DNA of 64,000 nt from the human T2T-CHM13v2.0 reference genome, Homo sapiens: the NCBI RefSeq assembly GCF_009914755.1, contig NC_060931.1. The stretch is one strand, 5' to 3'. Of the stretch, positions 40,401 through 55,560 are shown piece by piece (position 1 is the first letter of the stretch; each line of letters opens with the position of its first letter). The notes beneath the pieces are model-generated. The model had not been told where the DNA came from and searched no databases. It saw only the letters and a program-made list of their open reading frames with translations. Position numbers and translations under genes: made by a program.

Positions 40401-41563
40401 CTGTGGATACCAGTTAGCTCTTCCCCGCAACACTACTCAATGGGCTTATGAACAAAGTTGCCATGGTGGCAGGGATGGAGATTATGAATAAGCTTAGTAA
40501 CATGGACTTTCATTCACCAAGGCTGACCTGATTGTGGCCATTGCTGAGTGCCTAATCTGTTAGCAGCAGAGACCAACAGAGTCCACCATTCACTGCTGGT
40601 GATCAGCCAGCTACCTGGTGCTAGGTTGATTATATTGGACCACTTCTGCCATGGAGGGAATATCATTTTGTTCTTACTGAAATAGACAGTGTAGATATGA
40701 ATTTGCCTTCTCTGCATACAATGCGTCTGCAAAAACTACCATCCATAGATTTCTAGAATGCCTTATCCAGCATCATGGTATTAGACACAGGATTGCTTCT
40801 GATGCAGCTGGTTTGATAGAATGGTGGAATGGCCTTTTGAAGACTCAGCTACAGCACCAGCTATGTAACAATACCTTGCAGGGCTGAGGTGAAGTTCTCC
40901 ATAAAACTGTATATGTCTGAATTATCTTCCAGCATATTGTGCTGCTTCTCCTATAGCCAGGATTTATGGGTCAGGAATGAAGGATGGAAATCAGAGTGGA
41001 ACCACTCAGTATTACTCCTAGTGACCCATTAGCAAAATTTTTGCTTCCTGTTCCTACCACCTTATGCTTTGCTGACCTAGAGGTCTTAGTTCCAAAGGGA
41101 GGGATGCTTCCATTAGGAGACACAACATGATTCCATTGAGCTGGAAGTTAAGACTGCTATCCAGCAACTTTGGACTCCTCATGCCTCTGAATCAACAGGA
41201 AAATAAGGGATTTACTGTGCTGGCAGGGGTGAGTGATCCTGACTACCAGTGGGAAATTGAACTGCTACTCCACAATGGAGGTAAGGAAGAGGATTCCTGG
41301 AACACAGGAGATCCCTAAGGTTGATTAAGATCAATGGAAAATGACAACAACCCAATCTAGACAGGACTGCTAACAGCCTAAGTCATTCAGGAATACAGGT
41401 TTGGGTCATCTACCAGATAAAGGACCACACGCAGCTGAGGTGTTTGCTGAAGGCCAAGGAAATACAGAATGAGTAGTGGGAGAAGATAGTTATAAATAGC
41501 AGCTCGGACCATGTGACCAGTTATGGAAATTAGGAGTATTTCCTCCTTAGCTTGTTCTGAATA

Positions 41564-41603
41564 TGTGTGTGTGTGTGTGTGCATAGATAGATAAATGATA
41601 GAT

Positions 41604-41643
<40 letters not shown>

Positions 41644-41648
41644 CATAG
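41564..41648 (+). repeat. (TG)n plus (GATA)n compound microsatellite
   Basis: Directly visible. Confidence 0.95.
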
Positions 41649-41795
41649 ATTTACCATAAGAAATTGACTCATACAATTATGGAAGCTGAGACGTCTAAGA
41701 TCTGCTGCCAGCAGGCTGTATACGTCCCTTTGTTTTCTTTCCTTTCCTGTTCCCTTTTCATGTAACATAACATGTATTGACTTTATATCATATAA

Positions 41796-42103
41796 TTTGT
41801 TTATTTATTTATTTATTTATTTTGAGACAGAGTTTCACTCTTGTTGCCCAGGCTGGAGTGCAATGGTGCCATCTCAGCTCACTGAAACCTCTGTCTCCTG
41901 GGTTCAAGTGATTCTCCTGCCTCAACCTCCTGAATAGCTGGAATTACAGGCATGTGTCACCATGCCCGGCTAATTTTGTATTTTTACTAGCGATGGGGTT
42001 TCACCATGTTGGCCACGCTGATCTCAAACTCCTGACCTCAAGTGATCTGCCTGCCTCAGCCTCCCAAGTGCTGGGATTACAGGTGGGAGCCACCATGCCC
42101 AGC
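41796..42103 (-). mobile_element. AluS within ERVL 3' region
   Basis: Full-length antisense Alu; TSD tatatcata. Confidence 0.95.
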
Positions 42104-42337
42104 TATATCATAGTATTTAAGTATTGTTAATTTTACATCTCAGTACTTAAGTTATAGGATATCAAGGATAAGAGTAAACACCCCTTAAGGACTTTGCCTC
42201 CTCTTCTGGGGAAGGGGTTGGTGCATTTTCAGTTCTGTGCAGGGTAGTTTTATCACGTTAGATGTTATTTTCTTTATTTGGAGATAAAATATGTTTAAGA
42301 AGATGCATATGAGTGCCAAACTGGCGAGGAGTAGATT

Positions 42338-42926
42338 TGTGATGGTTAAACTTTTGTGTCAACTTGACTGGGCCAAGGGGTACCCAGAAAAATCATAATT
42401 TCTGGGTGTGTCTGTGAGGGTGTTTCTGGATGAAATTAACATTTGAACTAGTAAACTGAGTAAAGCAGATTGCCCTTCCCAATGTGGTTGGGCCTCATCC
42501 AAATCTGCTGAAAGACCTGAGTAGAATAAAAGGCTGAGTAAGAAAGAATTCTTTCTCTCTGTCTTTGAATGGGGACATTGGTCTATTTCTGTTTTCGAAC
42601 TCACACGGAAACTTATGCATCAGCTGTCTTGGTCCTCAGGCCTTCAAAATCAGACAGGAACTTACATCATCTGCTCACCTGGTTTTCAGGCCTTCAAACT
42701 TGACCTGGAACTATACCATCGGCTCTCCAGAGTCTCTAGCTTGCTGACTGCAAATTTTGGACTTCTCAGCCTCCGTAATTATGTGAGCCAACTCCTATGG
42801 CAAATTTATCTATCTGGATGTCTGTGTATCTATCCATCTACCTATCTATCTATTTATCTGTCTATCAATCAATCACCTACCTATCTCCTATGGCTTCTGT
42901 TTCTCTAGAGAACCCAGACTAATACA
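42338..42926 (+). mobile_element. MLT2 (MLT2B-like) 3' LTR of the ERVL provirus
   Basis: TGTGATGGTTAA...tgtgtcaacttgactgggcca...gagaacccagactAATACA, preceded by a purine-rich PPT. Confidence 0.92.
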
Positions 42927-43656
42927 GATTTGAAAGGAAAAAAATGGATCTTAGTATATCCAGATTTTCTAAAACATGATCCTTTATGTTGATAGAAATT
43001 GTGTGCTTTTTTTGACATAAGATGCAGAGGAATAATAGTATCAGGATATTTTTTAAAAACTGCAAACAGACCAGTTTCTGTTTCCTACAGGAACTACTTT
43101 GTAGATCCTTTTAGAACAGCCTGAGTGAGATATTGGGGGTGTTGAATGGTAGAAAGCATTGATTTGGGTTGATATCAAATATATTTTTTTAAACAGGGGA
43201 ACCTTCTCTTCCATCCCACTACACTACTACACTCTGCATAAAGTCACCTTTTGTGGAGGACAAAGGTCTCTGCAAAATATTTTGAGGGAAAAGATAAGAA
43301 GGGTATATTTGTATTGGATATAGATCTTCTACCTATATATCTGTATAGGTTGAAGAAAAGAAAAGAATAAAATACTTTAAATATAGATTTTGCTGTTACA
43401 GACCGGAAATGATGAATGCAGAAAGCTGAGGATCCAAAGCTGTCAGAAAAATCTGACTTAGCCTCATTAGATATTTAAGAAATAAAACATAAATAGATCA
43501 CAGCAGAAAGGCTTTCATTTCTGAGGGACTGCTAGGCACAGATTTTGTGCATCTTCTCTGTTAACTGGGTCATCATTGATTAAAGAGTTTTTCTAGTGCA
43601 CTTGGCATACTCATTCAGTATTAAACTGAACTCAATTCAACTGAACTCATGGGGCT

Positions 43657-43670
43657 CCAGCAGAGGGCGT
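43657..43670 (+). promoter_or_regulatory. Candidate CTCF binding site
   Basis: CCAGCAGAGGGCGT matches the CTCF core CCASYAGRKGGCRS at 13/14 positions, in non-repeat DNA. Confidence 0.5.
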
Positions 43671-45436
43671 GATTCACAAATGCTGGAGCAGGGGACTCTA
43701 GCAGGAAATGTCTAGAAAAGCAAAGATGGATCTGGAATTTCCAGACTATTTCAACCTTTTCCTTTAGCAGCGTGCTATATTCAGGTAATCAGTAATTCAA
43801 GCTAATATGAAAGAACAATGAGAAGCAGTAAGCTGTATTTTTGGAGAGATATTAATTATTGTATAAAATATTTTAAAATATTCACTGGAATGGGGTTTTA
43901 AAAATAAATTGCGTTTTTCTTTAAAATGCATGGAATGTGTCTTCTTTTATCAACATTAGCTGCCTTATTGATATTGAGTCCAGAAGCTGAGGGAAGAAAA
44001 ATAAACATTTTTTAAAAATGCCAAGTTTACAGCATATCTTAGGGAAGAAAAGTGACTGTAGTGAGCAAGTATCTATAGCTTGATAAGAGTTTTTAATAAT
44101 GAATTCTAAACATCAGTAAATAAAACACCATTGAATAATAATGAACTTTGCTCCTTAGGTAAGTGTCTTAAAATACATATTTTGCACTTAAAACATCCAG
44201 ATGTCAAAAATATTCAGGGACTATAGGGAAACTGATTGAGATGTTTAGGAATTAACCCCCATCATCAAGACCGCTTGGCCCCTTCTGATCTCAGAACAGC
44301 TTTCATAAAAATATTCTACTGTGAGTGCATGTCAGGGGTCTTCATGTCCAAGATAGGTTGAACTTCACGATGACTAGAATAAAACATTTCCCATAAGCGC
44401 TTCCTCTCTCCCATCTCCTGACTCAAGACCCCAACATTTGGTCTTGATGTTTCTGAGGACTATGGGTTTGAGTTGTTAGTTTTAACCTATAAGTATTTGG
44501 CCTTCAGCCCTGACTCTCTCCTACTGTGCATAGGAAGGAAACCAAAAACATTCAGCTCACATTGAGCAGTAATGCTTAACATATTAAAGGCAAAGTGATA
44601 CTTTTAATGGTAATTTTTGATAATGTTATTGATGGTAGCGATGATGATGATGAAGGACAACTCTAACAAATAGAAAAAAAAAAGAACAGAAGAGAGCATA
44701 AAAAGTACCCAATAGAATGGCAATAGGCTAGATATGTTTGAACTGAGACCCTAGACCTCAATGAAAACAGAATAATTTCAATCTCAATTACATCTATCAA
44801 TGTATCTAGTTCCTGGGATTTTTTTCTTCCCTGGGAGAAGACACACTTTCAAATTCCACTTTATGAGAGTACTAAACAATTGCAGAGGCAGCAGCTCTGA
44901 GCATTCCTTTGAAGTATGTACTAAAGAGGCATTTCAAGCACTGCTAAGAGTATGCTGCACCATCATTAAAAGCCAACATTAAAATTCAGAAATCAAAGGC
45001 ATGTTTACACCAGGCTAAACCATTTTTTTCTTACACATTAAAAGAACATCAAGCTATCCAAAATGATTTAGTGAAAAAGTTCTTTTTTTTCTTGTTTACC
45101 CATCAACTAAGAAAGCACTGGGCCAATGTTATTCTAGTTATCTCAGCATTTTTAGCATTCTCTTTGTATAAATTTTTTAAAAGGGCAAACTTCACATATA
45201 CAATATCATACTTGGTATAAGAAATAGACTATTTGAGGAAACCAAAATTATACTTAAAACATACTAGGAAGAAAATAATGTTTATTGCTCTCCAAGATAG
45301 AATGGAATATGAGGTGCACTGATTTCTAATTCCAAACTGAATCCCATTTTTCCCTATGGCCTTAAGTTTTAATTGCCATTAGATTTCTCTATCCTACTTT
45401 TTCATATTTTATAAAGAGTTCTTGTAAATGACATGC

Positions 45437-45868
45437 TGTGGTGGCTGTGGAAATGTCCTGCTCAGATCTTCATAAAAACCTCCTGTGGGAGGGTAGTTGA
45501 TCAACAATTTCTAGCTGCTCCCCTCCTGAGCACTGAGGCCACACATCCTATAAGCTGCTCCCAGACAATGGTCAAACACAGCAGGGTAGAACCAGTCCAT
45601 GCCTGCTCAAAGTGACGCCTCCTCTAATGAACGCATTTTCTTTGAAGCGCCCTCCACCACCTTAGTGTGCCCAAGAGTTTTTCAGAACTGTTCTGCAGTC
45701 TGAAGGAGTCCTTCCTTCCCAGTCCTTCCTTTTCTTTTCATTCTTTCTTCACAGTCATGATGTTTCCATCTCGGTCTGAAGGCTCTTCCTTCAAAGGCAA
45801 TACACCCGCAAATCCCTTGGACATCCAATCCTGTCCTGGTGTCTACTCAGAGGACCCAAACTGACACA
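45437..45868 (+). mobile_element. LTR16A-like 5' LTR
   Basis: TGTGGTGGCTGTGG...ctcagatct...agaggacccaaactgACACA, followed by HERV16-type leader (gagtggtctgagaaaacagg). Confidence 0.8.
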
Positions 45869-46065
45869 GAGAGTGGTCTGAGAAAACAGGTGACAAGAAG
45901 GGGGTTGTGGGGACTGGATCATTCCCTCTCCAGTTGGCAAATAAAGTACCATACTGGACTTAGCAAGATGTCTGGCTTTTGAACAGAAATCTTCATATCA
46001 CCAGCGATGAGAGAGAATTAAATATGGGCGATGATGAGAAGGGCAAGAAGATTTTTGTTCAGAAG

Positions 46066-46191
46066 TTCTTCCTGGTTTAGTCTTGGGAGGGTGTATGTGT
46101 CCAGGAATTTATCCATTTCTTCTAGATTTTCTAGTTTATTTCCTTGGAGGTGTTTATAGTATTCTCTGATGGTAGTTTGTATTTCTGTGGT
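46066..46191 (-). mobile_element. Short L1PA ORF2 internal fragment
   Basis: Translates to [40 protein letters not shown], near-identical to L1 ORF2p. Confidence 0.92.
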
Positions 46192-47060
46192 ATGTCTTGT
46201 GACTTTTTTTATGTGTGCCATGATTTAATAGATCTCATACATCAGAATTCTGATCATGAATGACTGACAGAATATTTTTCTTGGGCAGTCCTGACTTAAC
46301 TAAGACTGGCTTGTGGTTAAATTAATATGTTTGGTTTTTTGAACGTTAATAGTAATTCTGATTCAGTAAATGCTATCGCTGTTTTCGTCTTCTGAAGATA
46401 TGACTGGACTTTGTTAATAATGTTCAACTTTCCACAAAGACGGTGCATGCCATCTTAAAATCTATTAGAGATTGGTTTTATATTCAGATGTATATACTTG
46501 TTATATGACTATATTTAAATACTGGGGAAATCCCCCCTTTTTCTCAGAACCAAGCAAGACTCATTTGTGTTTTGTGTTATTTGCCTCCTAAAGGCTGGGC
46601 TGAAGATAAGGTGGCAAAGTCTACTTTATCTTTTTGGTTTTAACTATACCAACCTAATTAGAATTTCCTGTATCTAAAATGGTTCCTTGGCCAGGTGTGG
46701 TGGCTCATGCCTGTAGTCCTAGCAGTTTGGGAGTCCAAAGTGGGTGGATCATTTGAGGTCAGGAGTTCAAGATCAACCTGGCCAATATGGTGAAACCTCA
46801 TCTCTACTAAAAACACAAAAATTAGCCAAGTGTGTTAGCACATGCCTGTAATCCCAGCTACTCAACAGGCTGAGGCAGGAGAATCGCTTGAACCCAGGAG
46901 GTGGAGGTTGCAGTGAGCCGAGATCGCACACCACTGACCTCCAGCCTGGGCAACAGAACAAGACTCTGTCTGGAAAAAAAAAAAAAGTTTCTCGTACTTA
47001 TTGAAAGGCATTTTAGTGTGGTGTGTGTGTAATATCAAATAAAGAATATTTAACACTTGA
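46192..47060 (+). pseudogene. Probable processed-mRNA fragment (3' UTR only; HNRNPA3-like)
   Basis: Non-transposon sequence inside HERV16 (aactaagactggcttgtggttaaa; tacttattgaaaggcattttagtgtggt) that I recall from the HNRNPA3 3' UTR. It ends with AATAAA at 47038-47043 and is split by an Alu. Confidence 0.55.
46689..46986 (+). mobile_element. AluS
   Basis: Full-length Alu with poly-A. Confidence 0.95.
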
Positions 47061-47584
47061 AAAGGAAATACATCATCTGAAACGCAAAGCATAGATAATT
47101 TCTGAATAAGGTGGCAGCCCAATTGCTGCTGATTTCAGGAGTGATGACTTAGGAGAAGTCCCCAGGGAGAGGAATGTCCTTGGTGTGAGGATCAAGGCAT
47201 TTGAAAGACACAGAGTGCACAATGCCTGTAAGGACAGCAGAACTGACTATTTACTACTAAGTTGAAGTGTTGCTTTATAGAGGTATAACGATAAATGATA
47301 AGGAAGTTGGCAAATTCGTAAAGTTAGCTGTGATAGCCAGAGGCCCTTTGTGGTAGTTTAGGAAGAAGCCCTTACTCCCTGCAATGGAAGAGCTGATAGT
47401 TGCTGAGAAGCAGACCCGGGGTTTCATAGTGAGAACTACAGAGGCTCCAGAGACATTTTAACGTTCAGCAAAGACAGTACAGGTTTCCCTTAAGGTTAGG
47501 GCTGTGGTTAGGATCTCTGGAACCCTACCAGATAGAATTGGAACACCTGAGTCAACGCTGACCGGGATGGCTTTAAAACCCCTG

Positions 47585-47968
47585 AGGTCCTCTCATAATC
47601 CAGGAAAGTCTTTCTTGAGGACTTAGAAGCCACTCTTTTGACATGTAATTTCGAGGAAAGATAGTGCACCTATCTTTCAGTTTCTGTGTGCGAATGGGAG
47701 CCTAACTTTTATGGGCACCAATTAGCAAACATGGATGGCCTAATAATTGAGAAAAAACATTTGCAAACTCAGGATTAGCACATCCCACTGATCAACCGCC
47801 CAACCCCCACCCCATGTCCTCCAGCACTTTTCCAGTAGATCATCCCAGTTCTGAAAATTCCTCCTTCTCTTTGTTTCAATAGAGTTGACTTCAGACGACC
47901 TCTCTCTTCTGTTTTAGCAGCTTTGAATAATGTCTTCTTTGCCTTCCAGTGCAATTTTTACTTTGACC
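47585..47968 (+). mobile_element. Partial ERV1 LTR (MER31/MER89/MER92 group) nested in HERV16
   Basis: ggaaagatagtgcacctatct...ggagcctaact...ccaattagcaaacatggatggcctaat; family tentative. Confidence 0.5.
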
Positions 47969-50900
47969 ATATCCCTGAGAATTGTGGCTTTTCAGACCCC
48001 TCTGACCCTCAGAATTTGCAAAAGGGAGAAGGCTGTCCCTCCCTAGTAAGAGCTAGTACTGCTCCCCCACAGGAAAAAGCTACAGAGCAGCCTCTCCTTT
48101 GCAAGACGACAGGTGACCTTCTCAAGAGTTGCCCCTCCTGCCTATCCTGATTATAAAGCTGAAAACTGTGACTGAATTCTAGCACAATCTAACTGGAGAC
48201 ATGCTGGGCTGATAAGGGAGAAATGAGTTTATAAACTGAAGGAGTTTCAGGTATATGCTACAATGTACAAACAGTAGCCAAGGGATCACCCCTGGGGTTA
48301 GGTTTGAGGGTGCTTGATCACGGAAGCCAGAGTGAAAGACTGAATAAGAACAATGGACTTGGCAGCACTTTTTTTGAGACATTTTATTTTATACCCTGGT
48401 AAGGACCCCAGAATACAGAACAAACTTTCTGCTAAGAGTGGCTCTTAAAAGCCAGGAATAAGTGATGGCCCTGGCCGAGCAAAGTGGAAATGCCTGGGTT
48501 GCCTGGCAGAAGCAAAAGGCTCAGGAATGTGGGCCTGATGGAATGCATGGCATGTAGGGCCAGAAGCCCCATTAAATGTTATGCTTCATGGGAGGTCACA
48601 GGGAGTCCTTCAGCCAACAGGAATCAATTGGTGAGGGCAGCAGCATCCATAAGTTCAGTGGCAGCTCATCTCAGAATGACGGGCAGTTGGATGGAGAGGG
48701 GCTCCCAGAACAGGTCTGATTAGTATTCATGAGCATGATGAGACCCTGAATAATTGAGGCTAAGTGGCAGGGCTTAACAGACAAAAGCAGGGGACACACA
48801 AGATTGGAGTAGTCAAGGGGGCTTGACCTTCAGGGAGTTATGGAGGTTGTTAATACAATATGGCATCACTAGGGGCAAAATAGATGGGTAGCTAATGAGT
48901 GAGCTGCTTGACATCTGCAATCAGAAATAAGCTAGAATGAAGAAGCGGGAGGCTGAGGCCAGTTGCCACAAATAAAGTTACAATGCTTTGCCTAGTTCTC
49001 ACGCCTAAATTAATTTTGAGTTTCAGGATTCATTTACTAAAGGGATGACCATGTGCCCATAAAGGAACAAGTCTCCAATACAAAGCATGTATATACTGTA
49101 ATGATTCCCCAAGTCTTTTCTCAAAGGGACTTCTAGTTATTTACTCATGTGACCATCTACTAGGAAAAAAGAAGTACTCAGAGGAATGTTGAACAGATTT
49201 CTGAGTTGACGTTGATACCTGGTGACTCAGTGAATCATCATGGCGCTCTAGTTAGGGTGGAGATTTACAGGAGCCACGTAATAAGTGGAGTCTGCTAAAG
49301 CCTGGCCTAGAGTGGATTCACTGTGTTCACAGACATATCTGGTGGTCATTTCCTGGTCTTCAATATGCAATTGGTATTTTACCTGGCATTTGGCATATTC
49401 CCCATGTTTGGTCTTTGGACTTCTTGGAAAGACCAAGTGGAAACCTCTGAAATTATTCTTCCCTCCTACCTGTACCAAGATAGTAAATCAGTGTATCTCT
49501 GGGGGACAGGGAGGAAAGGTAGAATAAACATGCCATTCAAGAGCTAAAGGTTGCAGGGATGTATGGCCCTAGCATATCTCTGCTTAACTTACCATTCTTC
49601 CCCATGGGTAAAATAAATGGATCCTGGAGAATAAATATAGACTATAGATACTGTAAGCTCAGCCAAGTAATAGTTCTTGTTGTAGCTACTATACCATGGG
49701 TGGTATTATTGCGAGAGCCGATATTAAGGCTTCAGGTAATGTAGTATGCAGATGTGGATTTTGCAAATGCATAATTTAAAAAAATTCTGATCAGAAAAAA
49801 TCACGGAAATTTTCATATATGTGGAATGGACAGCAATATTGACTTACAGTTTTACCCTAGGACTATATTAACTCTTTCAACCCTTTGTCATAATATATTT
49901 AAAATGGATCTCAACCATCTGGACACTTCATAGGCTATTACATTGATTTGTTGATTTATTATGATTTATTTATTTATTTTATTGATGACACTATGCTGAT
50001 TTAGACAGTTCAAGAAACAGTGGCTAGTATTTTGGAAGCCTTGCAAAGACACGTTTCTGAAAACTGCAATTTCAGTCAGGTTTTTTGGGGTCCAGTGATC
50101 AGGGGCATTTGAGGTATCCCCTGCAAAGTAAAGGTCAAATTTATGTATCTTCTTGCCCTTATCACAGAAAAGGAAGCACCACACCTGAAAGACCTTTTTG
50201 GATCGTGGCTGGAACACATTTTGAACTTAACAATATTGTCTAGCCCTTAAGTCCAGTGATATGAAAGGATGATAGCTTTAAATGAGTTCTAGAATAGAAA
50301 AGGGCTCTGCAGCTGGTTGAGGATGTGGGTCAAGCAGCCCTACCACTTGGATCATGTAATCTCTCCGGCTCTAAATTGTTGTAAACGTCAGTAGTGGGAG
50401 AAGATGGAATGTAAGTTTATGGTAAACCCCAGTGTGAGAATCTTAGTGTATCCTACTGGGATTCTGAAGCAAGGCCATAACATCTGCAGTGGGGAATTAT
50501 ACTCCATTTTAGAATCACCTTTTGGCATGACAGTTGGCCCTTGTACAGATGAAACACTTGACCATGGGGCACCAAGTAAGCATGTTCCCGGAACTGCCCA
50601 TAATGAGCTGGCTCTCTTAGATCTACGTGTCATAAAGTCAGCAGGCTCAGCAGCAGTCCATCACAAGTTAAAAGTACTACATTGGAGATCAAGTTTAAGC
50701 AACAACAAGGGCACAGGCAGGCTGTATGAGCAGGTGGCCTAGACCCACATGTCACTCAGGATGGTTGTACCAGTGCTCTTTACTTGGTGCATTTTCTAAG
50801 ACCAGCTGAAGAAAAAGAAAAATACCCATGCTTGATTTATAGACAGGCAGTCTCAGGATTTGAGCTCAAATTGAAAATGGATGACAGAGGACTGTAGCAT

Positions 50901-52326
50901 TACTTGATAATCAGTAGAGAGAAAACATCTTCCCAACACGTGGAGGTGAAAATGAAGAACCTGGTCATCCAGTCTGAGGAAGGAGAAATGGCCTGAGGGG
51001 ACAATATATACAGATTTCTGGACATTTACTAATGGCCTTGATGGCTGGTGAGGGGCCTGGGGGGAAAAGACTGGAGGATCAGAGACAAGAAGGTCTATGA
51101 TAGAGTATGGGCGGACACATGGGAACGGGTACAGAGTGTGAAGATTTTTGCATCTTAAGTTAATACCTAAGAAAGCATATATGAAAGAAGATATAGTGAA
51201 CAATGAAGTAGTCAAAATGATTTGGTTAGATGAAGTTAGCCACCTTTGTCAATGACCTCTCCAGAAGTAGGATAATGGGCACATACATGAAATGGCCCAG
51301 TCATAATACTGGTATTTCTTGATCATGATCAAAGATTAGATTATGCTTATGCTTATTGGTTTGCCTCGTAATTGTCCTCCATACCTTTCTATTGTGCTTA
51401 AAAATCTAAAAACTAAGAATTATGACAATTATATGAACAAATTATGAGGTTCAGAAAAAAATTGGAAATACCAGAAATTATAGAACTGGACAGGGTTCTA
51501 GCAGAAGCACAATACATTGCCCAGAAAGTGAGCTTATTTTATTGGTTACGTGTATTTAGAGTCAGATATTGACTCAGATTGAGTATTAAAATTTAGTTTT
51601 AAATATTGGCTAATTATAGTGATTTTTTGAGAAATTATGTATAAATGGGCAACAAGCTAGAAAACAGAAAGATTTTATTTAAAGAATGCAATAGTGTTGT
51701 CAGTTTTATTAGATCTGTGGGGAACACTGTGGATGATGTAGTCCAGCTCTTTAACTTGGGAAACCTGAGGCCTTAAGGATACCCGCCCAGTGTTGTAGCA
51801 CTAATTAGTGTCAAAATTATGGTTTAGAGCCCAATTCTCCTGACTAAATATTCTGTATTTTTAAAAACTAAGTCATATAGTCTCTTGTACATAGAATAAC
51901 CTTACTTGAAAATACTGTGGCTACCCACATAAATCCCTATACCTTGAAATAACTGATCTATTCATTTAAGTTATCTTAATGAGGTGGCCTTGAATAAATC
52001 TTGTGTTTTGTTCTTTCAAAACAAAAGTGAAAATGGAATTGAGATAGTAGTTGTAATTTTAAAAAGTGTGACAAGTGATAGCAGGTTAAAAATTCCCAAA
52101 TTAATCCATGTAGCAAAACTGCATTTGGACCCTCTAAATCTATGAAAATAAAAAAAATTACAAAATTCTCAAATTAGTAAATTGTCTCAGCTATTTGTTC
52201 ACAGATTTGAGAGTGAACATCTTTTGGAAGGTGTTAATTAACCTATTCCACCACTGGCCAATCTTTTTGATTGTTTACCTTCTGGAGAAGAGGTTACAGA
52301 TTTTACCGACCTTATTTTCATCTTGT

Positions 52327-52381
52327 ATTTCAATTCATTGTAAATTTACAATTGATTTCAATTCATTGTAAATTTACAATT
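52327..52381 (+). repeat. 28-bp tandem duplication containing a 16-bp palindrome
   Basis: atttcaattcattgtaaatttacaatt occurs twice; attgtaaatttacaat is self-complementary. Confidence 0.9.
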
Positions 52382-52441
52382 TCAATATGCTTTTGGTCAG
52401 GTTAGTGACAACTCACTTTCAAGGTTATTTCCACTTCAGGG

Positions 52442-52465
52442 GTGTGTGTGTGTGTGTGTGTGTGT
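52442..52465 (+). repeat. (GT)n microsatellite
   Basis: Directly visible. Confidence 0.95.
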
Positions 52466-52555
52466 TGGAGGTGGCAAGTGGTTGGGAAGTTAAGAATGTG
52501 ACCAACTTGGTCTTAACATTTCCCTCAGCTTGACCACACTCATGACAGTGACAGG

Positions 52556-52658
52556 CTTCTTCTTCTTCTTTCTTCTTTCCTCCTTCTCCTTCTTCTTCCT
52601 CCTCCTCCTCCTCTTCCTTCTCTCTCCTCCTCCACTTTTCCTCCTCCTCCTCCTTTTT
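52556..52658 (+). repeat. Polypyrimidine (TTC/TCC)n tract
   Basis: Directly visible. Confidence 0.9.
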
Positions 52659-52959
52659 AAAATCAGGAATACTTTTGCAGAAAATATAGATAGGCTTCTA
52701 GACTCAAAGCCTGCCTTAAGACAGTTTTATAGACCAGGATGGTCTTTCTCAAGGATGATGCAGCCGTCCCTTTAAAATGCAGTCATCAAGGAAGATAGTG
52801 TCCCTATCTCCTAGTCTCTTGCTGGAGAGAGAGAACTTCAATGGGTTCCTTGCTCCCAGTTGTAAATTCCTATCATGTCATGAAGATAATGACAAATGTA
52901 TTTGGAGTGGGAGAGGAGAAGGAAGAGGATTTACTTAGGCATTGAATTTAAGTATTTAA

Positions 52960-55560
<2,601 letters not shown>

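Larger units (their letters stand above)
36835..42337 (+). mobile_element. ERVL internal region (gag-pro-pol-dUTPase), decayed, 5' end missing
   Basis: Protease GLLNTGSEMT (38190 ORF); GKAKWKPLEL; [12 protein letters not shown] (YIDD 39099-39110); integrase AAGLIEWWNG (~40804); dUTPase VLAGVSDPDYQWEIELLLHNGG (41127 ORF). Many stops. Confidence 0.92.
45869..51300 (+). mobile_element. HERV16-like (ERVL) internal region, heavily decayed, 3' end missing
   Basis: GKTKWKPLKL (49285 ORF), GSWRINIDYR (49559 ORF), IDDTMLI at 49981 and RNase H-like text near 51000. Confidence 0.75.

Noticed and set aside
42598-42740. Three ~50-bp tandem units within the MLT2 LTR
   Set aside because: Internal repeats of this kind are, as I recall, a normal feature of MLT2B-type LTRs.
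52530-52775. ORF with poly-F/L stretch resembling a signal or TM segment
   Set aside because: Translation of a (TTC/TCC)n microsatellite.
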